Shown piece by piece: positions 43,601 through 52,600 of a stretch of 64,000 nt of DNA. Source of the DNA: Amoebophrya sp. A120 (Eukaryota; Protista; Dinoflagellata); assembly GCA_905178155.1 (NCBI GenBank), contig CAJINV010000010.1, forward strand, positions 932,425 to 996,424, given 5' to 3'. The notes under the pieces were generated by a model. The model was not told the origin of the DNA, did not search any database, and saw nothing but the letters and a program-made list of their open reading frames with translations. A program made the translations under genes and the position numbers. Each line of letters begins with the position of its first letter. The first letter of the stretch is position 1.

Positions 43601-46600
43601 ACCCGCGCAGAAAACATTGGCACGCTGGCCACCGCCCCCTCCAACGGCCTCCCGGTGGCCCGCTCCGCCAAACAGACACGAGCCCACGGCGGCCTGTCGC
43701 CAAAGCCACCAACCCCGAAGGTAGTTCGCAAGGCAACCGAGGGCGACAAAGTCAGCAAATACACCAGCCTCGCACGAGGAAAGCCGGCGCTCACCAGTAC
43801 ACTCCGGCAAAACAAGGAGGGAAAGCTAGTCCCCACGCTGCCAACCGTGGTCAAGAAAAGCTGGGAGGAACTAGCAGGCCACACCAAAGAGAAATATGTG
43901 TACCGACCCAACGACGCCCCAAAGGAACACCGCGAGGAGGCCTGGGCGGAACGACAACGGCGAGGGGTTGGAACGGCACAAGAACCCGCAAAGCGCAACA
44001 AAAACTACAAACCCTGGCACGCCCTACCCCTTCCGGAACGGGCAAAGCTGCGAGACGGGGCCGGAGCAAAACACCAGTCTCGCGAGAAGATTGAGTATTA
44101 CCTTCAGGACATAAATCGTGAACGGGTGGCAAGCCACCGCGACGCGATCTATAGGCAGCACCCGGATAAGTCCGGCTTCTACCGAGACAAACCGGATGCA
44201 GGCGAGCTCGAGCAGCTACAGCAGGCGGGGGCGCAGCCCCCTGCGGGACCTGCGTGACGACCCGCCGGCGCGCAAGGCGTCCGAACCCTGCGAATGGGGG
44301 AACTCAGGGCGTGACGTCCACTATCGAATGGGGAAGAGAGCTGGCACCATGCCGGCGGATCGAAAAAAGAGAAAATGATGAGCCCTTCTAGAATGTGAAC
44401 TGCGAAAGCTGTAAGACAACGCAGGAAGGGCAGCTCCACTGAGCGAATCGTCATGAGGCGACACGAGCCGGCACCGCGGCGGAAAGTGTTCGCGCTCCTC
44501 TAGAAAGAGCAGAGCTGAAGTTCCACTGAGATCACGCGAATCTCATGCAAAACTGGTCCTGAAGCAATCTGCCATACTTCCGCGAGATCAAGTGGGCCCA
44601 CGGTTCCAATCTCGGCGATCCTCCTGCCGCTAAGCTCTTAGTTCCGCCATCGATCAAGGTGGGCGCGAGTAAACCAAAACACTAACACGCTAAACACACA
44701 GACACCAACGAAACGCAGTCGATCCGTTAAGTCGATCTATTTAGCAGAAGCTAGATCCGAATGTGTCCAACGAAAGATAACGACATCTGATCTAAAAATG
44801 ATCTCAGGTACCGACCGACCGGGAGAGGCCAACCCGTCTCCTGGGCGGCAAGGTATACTTGCTTTCTCCTGTAGTGTATTCACAAAAATGCTGTTTCAAA
44901 ATAAATACCGTATCAAAATAAATACAGTGATCCAAATTTGTAATAGCTCTTTTGTGAACCGGACGTGCCCACCGCACTGCCCGCAGTTTTGTTTCGCCCT
45001 TAGATGCCAAACCCATGAGCCCGAAAAAACTGGAAGACCTCACCGCCGCCGAAGCGGCGGCGCCGGACACCAGCCAACAAGCAGCCATGCAACGCACAGC
45101 CTGGGAGATGCTACACGTGACAAGAGACTACGTACGAGCAGCCCGAATGGCGAGTAGTGTCACAGTCCCGAGCGACACCATCGCAAACATCAAGCAGATG
45201 AAGGCAAATCGGACGGCCTGGGTAGCCCGAGTCAAGGCGGCCATAGCCAAAATCCGGAAAATCGGAAAAGACACTAGGAAAGAAAACGCCGAGCGACTCA
45301 GCACAGCAGAGCCACACATCCAACAGGCACTAGGATGGGGCGCCACCAAACGCAACCTGGTCGCCCTTCAGCGGCTCATAGAGTGGTCACATCACAAAGA
45401 CAAAACCCTCCCAAGCCACCTATTCCGAGGGGTGCGCACGATTGGCAACGCAGATACGACGGGGGGAGTCTGGGACCTCGACCCCACAGTCACGGCCATC
45501 GACCCCCAAGACGTGCAAGACTTCCTCGATGCTGAGGCTACACTCCTCAGACTCCAGGACGACCTTCCGCTCACGTCCTCCTTCGCACCGGAGGTACTCC
45601 GGAAGCTCCTACAAGGCTGCAGGGAGATGGTGGAAAAGGGACTCTACAAGCCGATAGAAAGAAGAAATCTCAAAGCGCGACCCAGCCCGGCCTTCCCAAA
45701 AGTCGAGTTAGAGAAGATCCGCCAGATCATCGACTCCAGGGCGCAGAACGCGTGCAGTCGGCTAGTCGAAAAGGTGCAAATCAAAGGCACGCGCACGATC
45801 AGCGAGATCCTAGAGGCCTTTATGAGACCAATAGGGAGGGAGGACGCCCTCACCCTCCCCAGCAGCGTATCTGCAAAGGAAACCTGGCGGGATACGGCCG
45901 AGACCCTGGCCCAGGTAGCTGCGGAAAGGAGTGCCACACTCCCAAGCCAGCCCGGCTCGGAACCGCGCCAGCTCGAGCGGGCCCACATCCTTGAAGAGGT
46001 GAAACAGTGGAACGCACAGCTAGCAGACCACCAAGGGGGAGGGGTCATCCCGGAGATGGGCACGAAGGACTTCGAAAAGTACTACTACGCTTTCGGATGC
46101 CTCGACCCCAAACTCAACGGCATTGCATTCTTTGACCCGGACCAGCGGGCATGGCAGTGCGTCGAAAGCTACGTCCTTAACATGGGAAACACCCACTCGG
46201 TGCCAGGAGGTACACACAGGACCCACAGACATAGAGCCGCCTCCCCGGGCGGGGTAAAAGTACGGACATGCGCAACTCGCGAAAACATGTAAGCCACGCC
46301 TCACAAATCTAACCTCACCAAAAAACCAAACAGCCTGCCGCGTATCGGAAGCCATACGGACCATACACCAGGCGGGGGGCGGCGTGTCGAATCTGTATAT
46401 CGATGACGCCATGCTCTACGGCACCGACCGTGAGACGTTCAACCTCTGTCGGGACCTCTACCTCGCTGTCGTCGAAGCCCTAGGCATCCCGCTAAGCAAG
46501 AAAGCAGCGGGCAACCAAGCATCCTGCGATGACATTCCCGGAGGAACGCGCGACTTCGTGCGAGCGCTAGGAATACGGTATGTGTGGATACGGGACCGGT

Positions 46601-49600
46601 CGGGCCGCCCCGTCCGACTCTTCTCCGTAGTACCGCGCGACAAAGTAGCCTCCGCGCAGCGGGACTGCGATAAGATACTAGCGGCCCACAGCGAGAAGGG
46701 AGGCAGAATCCAGCAAAAGGACATCCAAAAACTCCTCGGCATGGCTCAGTACGTGATATGCAACACAAACCGAGCGGGGGCGGAATTCGTCCGCCATTTG
46801 TACCCATGGGCCTCGGACGACTACTTCCAGGCCAACATCACGTGCCGCAATCTGCGCAAGGCACTCGCTACGGCCGTAACCACTCTGAGGGCGCTGATCG
46901 AGCATCTGCCCCCCTACGAGCACATCTTCCGAGTGCAGAGGGTTAACTTCATGTATCTCGACGCTAGCGGCGCCAAGGCCCCGGACGCCCCGTGTCTCGC
47001 GGACCGGGGGCCTAAAGAGCCGCCACGACTCGGGGGCATACTCGTCACCGCGGATGGGAAGGTTAAGGCTTTCACCTACCCCCTGCCGGAAGAGCACGAA
47101 CTTGCCACGTACGATATAATGACGCTGGAAACGCTGACGGTGCGACTAGCCCAGTACCTCTACAGCGAGGACATGCGCGACGCACTCTCCGTGGTGTCAG
47201 TTGACAACGTGGTGGAACTCTTCGCGCTCGTGAAGCTTAGCTCCCGGCAAAAAAGAGTGTGCAACGTAGCAAACCGCGTCGCCGTCAAAAACCAGGAACT
47301 CGGGGCCCGATGCTGGTACCGGTACACCAATACCACCAGGAACCCGGCCGACGCCTTCAGCCGCAAGGACTACCTGCAGGCTGCGCTTAACTTCTGGCGC
47401 CCAGATGAGCTCGCGCACAAGAAAAACCACCCCGAGGTCCCGGGTTTCCTGGCAAAGCAGGCCAAACCCATCGACCCACACGAGATTTTCCCCGACCGCA
47501 CAAAGCTACCCTTTGACCCGGTCAGAGACACAACGGCCCAGGCTGCAAGGCACCGCACCTGGAAGGAGCGCTCTCCAGCACTCACAGGCCAGAACATTCT
47601 GGACCTGCCTGACCGGGCACTGGACATGCTCACGATGAGCACACAAGAAGAAGCCGCTGCCGCTCTCGGCAGTGGCGGGGCAAACTCGCGTCTTCCGGAC
47701 GCCTCGCGCGTAAAACGCCCCAGCGTGCAGGAAGCTGGCACCATGCCGGCGGATCGAAAAAAGAGAAAATGATGAGCCCTTCTAGAATGTAAACTGCGAA
47801 AGCTGTGAGACAACGCAGGAAGGGCAGCTCCACTGAGCGAATCGTCATGAGGCGACACGAGCCGGCACCGCGGCGGAAAGTGTTCGCGCTCCTCTAGAAA
47901 GAGCAGAGCTGAAGTTCCACTGAGATCACGCGAATCTCATGCAAAACTGGTCCTGAAGCAATCTGCCATACTTCCGCGAGATCAAGTGGGCCCACGGTTC
48001 CAATCTCGGCGATCCTCCTGCCGCTAAGCTCTTAGTTCCGCCATCGATCAAGGTGGGCGCGAGTAAACCAAAACACTAACACGCTAAACACACAGACACC
48101 AACGAAACGCAGTCGATCCGTTAAGTCGATCTATTTAGCAGAAGCTAGATCCGAATGTGTCCAACGAAAGATAACGACATCTGATCTAAAAATGATCTCA
48201 GGTACCGACCGACCGGGAGATGACGCGGACGAAGAGGACGATGGCGACGAGGAGTGGGTGTATCAAATGCAAACATGTCTGGGTCTGGGAGATTCCGAGA
48301 ATTGTCATGCTGGTCTGGCATGACTCTGAACTCTGTATTGTGCGGCCGCGAGGAGCTCCTACGTCCTGTCATGCAAAAACGCAGTTTCTAATGCGGAGCA
48401 CGCAACTCAGAACCATGCAAAAAACTTGTCATGCTTGGCAGCGCATTACAGTGAGCTTACTATTCCCTCTCTTGCGTCACAAGTTTCCAGACCCAGGCAT
48501 ATTTGCAATGCATAGGTTGCCGCCTGGAACAACGTCCCAGGCGAAAAAACAAGGCTCGAACAAGCGCACCGCAAAAGCGAAGGCGAGCGCCAAAGCTCGG
48601 CCAAAAAAGAAAGCGAAAACGGAGCCAAAAGCAAAGGGTGGTAGAACCGCTTCGAGTAGTGAAAACAACAACGGAGCGGATACTCATGGTGCAGGGGATG
48701 AACCAGTAGTACAGGCTAATGACACTATTATATCAAGTGCTGACCCCGAGTCCGAGTTGCTCAATAAGAAGAATTTGAACGACGCCCTCCCGATTGTGCC
48801 TCCAGACAGCAAATCTGAGCAGCGCTTCCAGAACAGTCAGGTCTACATGTTGATCTACAAGCGCAAGGACCACCGGTTTTCGTACGCGGATGCGCAGAAA
48901 ATGGCGGAAGACTTGAACGCCAAGAAGCTTGAGATCCGCGAGCACATTGCGTCGATGATCGGCAAGCCGCTACCTGCGGTTGGCGGGGTAAAGCCGCAGC
49001 TTCCAGCGGGTTGTTCTATTGTGCCGTCGGCGCCGGCGGTAATCAACAGCACGGCGGGTACTAGTTGTAGCACGACTAATATCGGACCGCCGCCAGTAGC
49101 ACCCCTAGATGCTGGAGAGGCAGCACAACTACTAGCAGCAAATGGCTGCACAGTGCCCCCACCTTGCTCACCCAATAAAAAACTTGACGATGAACCAGAG
49201 CCCGCAGCAGCAATCGAGCTTTGCAGCAGCGAGGAAAGCAGTCAGGTCGCGGTGGCGGGGAGTAGCAGCGAGAATGAAGGCGCTGCGGAAGTACTAGCTC
49301 AAGGACCGCCGGAAGAACTCGCCCAAAATGCTGGATCAGCAATAATTGCTCCCACTACAACAGCCCACGCTCCTGCCAACGATGACGCCTCTACCGCCGA
49401 TGAGGCAAGCGGAAGTCCGGACGGGATGAAGAAGGAGAATGTAATTAACGGGGAACAAGACGAGGGAGGTGCCGCTGCAATGGACGTCGATGATCCACCT
49501 CCATCAGCAGCCGTGAACAAAAGTGCCAATCTAGGTGCGTCTGCCAATGACGAAGACACGTCAAAAAATCAGATTGTCTCACGACTGAAAGAGGCACAAG

Positions 49601-52600
49601 CAGAACTGAATCTGAACTACAGGCCTCCCTCTCGGAGCGCCCCTGGGACGAGCCATGTCCCCACCGGACTGACAGCCGCTAACTTCGGCACGGTCAGCAA
49701 TTCGTCTTCTTTGATGCCACCTCCCGCTCCGAAGCCGACGCCGCTTCGTGGTTCCAACTTGGGCGGCGGGCCCACGACGCCAATAAATCTGACCGGTGAA
49801 GACCACGAAGACGCGGAACTGCAGCGGGTGCTGCTGGAAAGCCAGAACCCAATTTACATGGGCGGCGGGGATGGAGGCGGGCTGATTGGAAGCACTTCTA
49901 ACACTGGCGCCGCGACATCAGATCTACTGCGCGGTAACACGATGATGAACAGCGGCTGTATAGGTGCAGCAGGAGCAGCAACGTCATCACTTCTCGGCTT
50001 GAACACCTATGGAAACACGCCGCCTCCCGGAGCAGTTGCTCCTCCAGCCGCTGGGTTATCATCAATCTCGTGCGCCTTCCAAACCGCAGCGGAAGTTTTA
50101 GCGGCTCCATCCGAGGCCACGGACGAGCGGAAGGTTGTAGAAGACAGCATCTTGCTGCGCGACGAGGCACTTGTGTTGCTGGAAATAGATGAAGGACAAC
50201 AGGATGTCGAGCTGCCAGTTGCTGTTGACGCAGAAAAGGATGAGGGTGGCCATATAACACAAGACGCTCCTTTGACAACGACTTCTACGGAGCAAGTACT
50301 GGAACAGCCTTCCAGGAATTCCAGCCATGACGCTATGGTGCGCTCCTTTTGGAAAACGATGCCGGCCGCGTGGATCTGGAACTACTGCGACGCCCAGTTT
50401 TCGGTCTCGCACAAGCGCACGGCCGGCGCCAAGGCCATGCAGCAGGAGATCGACCAGCTTGCGGAGAACCGACACCAGGACTGGGCGAAAGTGAGCGAGA
50501 AGCTGACAACCTGGAATCCGGAGTGGATGGGGACCGTCGCGCGAGAGCATTTGCTTACCGAAGTGGAGCGATTGCAGAGTGCAGCTGCGGTCGATGCGGC
50601 GGGAGGCGGGGGCGAGGAAAAGGAGTCAGAAGAAGCGGGTGCGGAGGAGGAACGGGCTGTTGCACTTCTGCCGGGTCAAGACAATGAGGTCGATGTTGGT
50701 CCAGCTGTCGCAAGTGCGGACGCAATTCCGGAAGCACAGAAAACAGCGACAGAAAGAAGAAGAAAAACACCAGCTGCACAAACACTCAACCCCGCCAGCG
50801 CGCCTGCAAATCCTACGCCAGGAAAAAACAAGACTGACGACGGGACGAAGGGCAAAGAGAAGCAAGAAAAACTTCTCCCGGCTGGTACTGAAGAAAGCAG
50901 CAGCAGCAGTAGCAGCAGCAGTGCCTTGTCCCCTTCATGTGCTTCTCCTGAGGTGGAGGAAGGAGGAAAAGATGATACCGGCATCAAAAAGAAAGATAAT
51001 GATGAACCATATGGAGATGAAGATGATAAAAAAGCGACAAGCAAAAATGGGACCAGCAGCAGCTCGTCTTTTCGTCTGCCAGAACTGGACGATGGCAACA
51101 ATCCCTCTAAAAACAAACAACAAAATTCCGCCGAGCCAGACCCCAAGCGACGAAGATTGTCTACTGCAAATGGAGCAGACTTGTCAAATGGTGGCGGTGG
51201 TGATGAAAACAGGGCACTGCTGGTGGCAAATGAGAAAGAGCCAGCAGCGAGCTGTAACGTCGTCGTTTCAACAGAATCTTCTCGTCTTCCAGAACTCGCA
51301 GTTGTAGCGCAGCAACCAGTTCCGCCTGACAGCGCGCTTGTCTTCATTCGCACGGAGTTTTGGAGATTGTGGTGCGAGGCCAAAGACGTGGAAAAGGAGC
51401 AGGAAGTGCTGCGGCAAACCAAACCGGACAGCACTATCCGCACCGGGCGGTTACTTCGCCTGCACCGAGAGTGGCGTCAGCACTACCGCACCAGCATGCG
51501 TCAGGTGCAACTTCCGAACGGGAAGCTGGATCCCTTCGCGGTGTGGGGCGGGCAGCTAAAAGTCGTACCGTTCAGCGTCGCGCGCGTCGTCCTGGGGCGG
51601 ATATTCCCGTTCGCGGAAGAGGCGCTGAAGAGCAGGTCCTGCAAGGAACTACATCAAAATTCCAGTACAATGCGCGGGAACCACCTCGAGGTGAAACCAG
51701 AGGCCCTTGTTTCAGCGGATCCGGACGCGGAAGAGGATTTGGATTTGCTTAACTACAATCCGTATTTCTTCGTTCACGAGTCCGTTTGCCTCGAAACGGC
51801 GACGTGGATCTTCCGTGCGTTAGAGCATCAGTGGCTGCGGGGGCGGAGCGTGCGGGAAGTAGTGGAGGGGAGACTCGGCAGCGGCGAGGAGTTTCGGAAC
51901 GGCGACTTGTACAAACGCTTGGACGCAATTGAGGATGAAGATGAGCGCAAGAAACAACTTCTAGAATACATTTACATCAAGCAAGCAGCCTACAAGGAAC
52001 ACTTCGAAAATCGATTCAAGTCCCAAAACAAGACGGCAGCAGCCAGAAAACAAAATATCGCTGCCGGGCCACCAGGTGCAGCAGCAGCAGCAGCAGGAAC
52101 AGCCGGTGACGCAGCCGTTCTTGCGGCACAGCGTGAAAATCAAACTAGTCACGAATTTTTCGACTGCATGAAGTTCCTGCACGAGCTGTGCAGTCTGCGG
52201 CAGCAACATCCATCGTCTACCGAGGACTTGCAGAAGGCCGTTCACGACAAACTGATCGAGGAACTGAAAATGGACAGTGACGTACGGTGCCCGTGTAAGG
52301 GCTCGGGGAAGTCGGGGCAACCGCTATCATGGATCGAGCCGCGGATTCCGGCCGTCGTCGTTCCCCGGGACCCGTTTAAGCGATTCGTGATGGCTTTCAA
52401 GAAGCGCCAACAGGCGGCGTGCCGGGTCGTCGGGGTTGCGCAAGTCGAAAGCGTGCCCTTTCTCGTCCAGAATGCGACCAGGAAAGTTTGCGAAGTCTGT
52501 GTGCAGACGCACGCACAGGAGGATGTCGAACTGAAGGAGGAGAACGACCAGAAGCGGCAGGCTTTGGACATCTTGCAGTTTGTGAATAACGGCCAGATTC

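Larger units (their letters stand above)
31360..48218 (+). mobile_element. Tyrosine-recombinase retrotransposon (DIRS order, split-direct-repeat type), 16,859 bp
   Basis: A1...B1-A2...B2 repeats. YR, RT and RNase H motifs. AGA trinucleotide at the left junction (31359-61), internal B-A junction (44824-26) and right junction (48218-20). Removing it restores the host frame gca|gat. Confidence 0.95.

Noticed and set aside
44339-48220. B1...B2 as the LTRs of an LTR retrotransposon
   Set aside because: No integrase or protease, no TG..CA ends and no 4-6 bp TSD. The YR and A-BA-B layout indicate the DIRS order.
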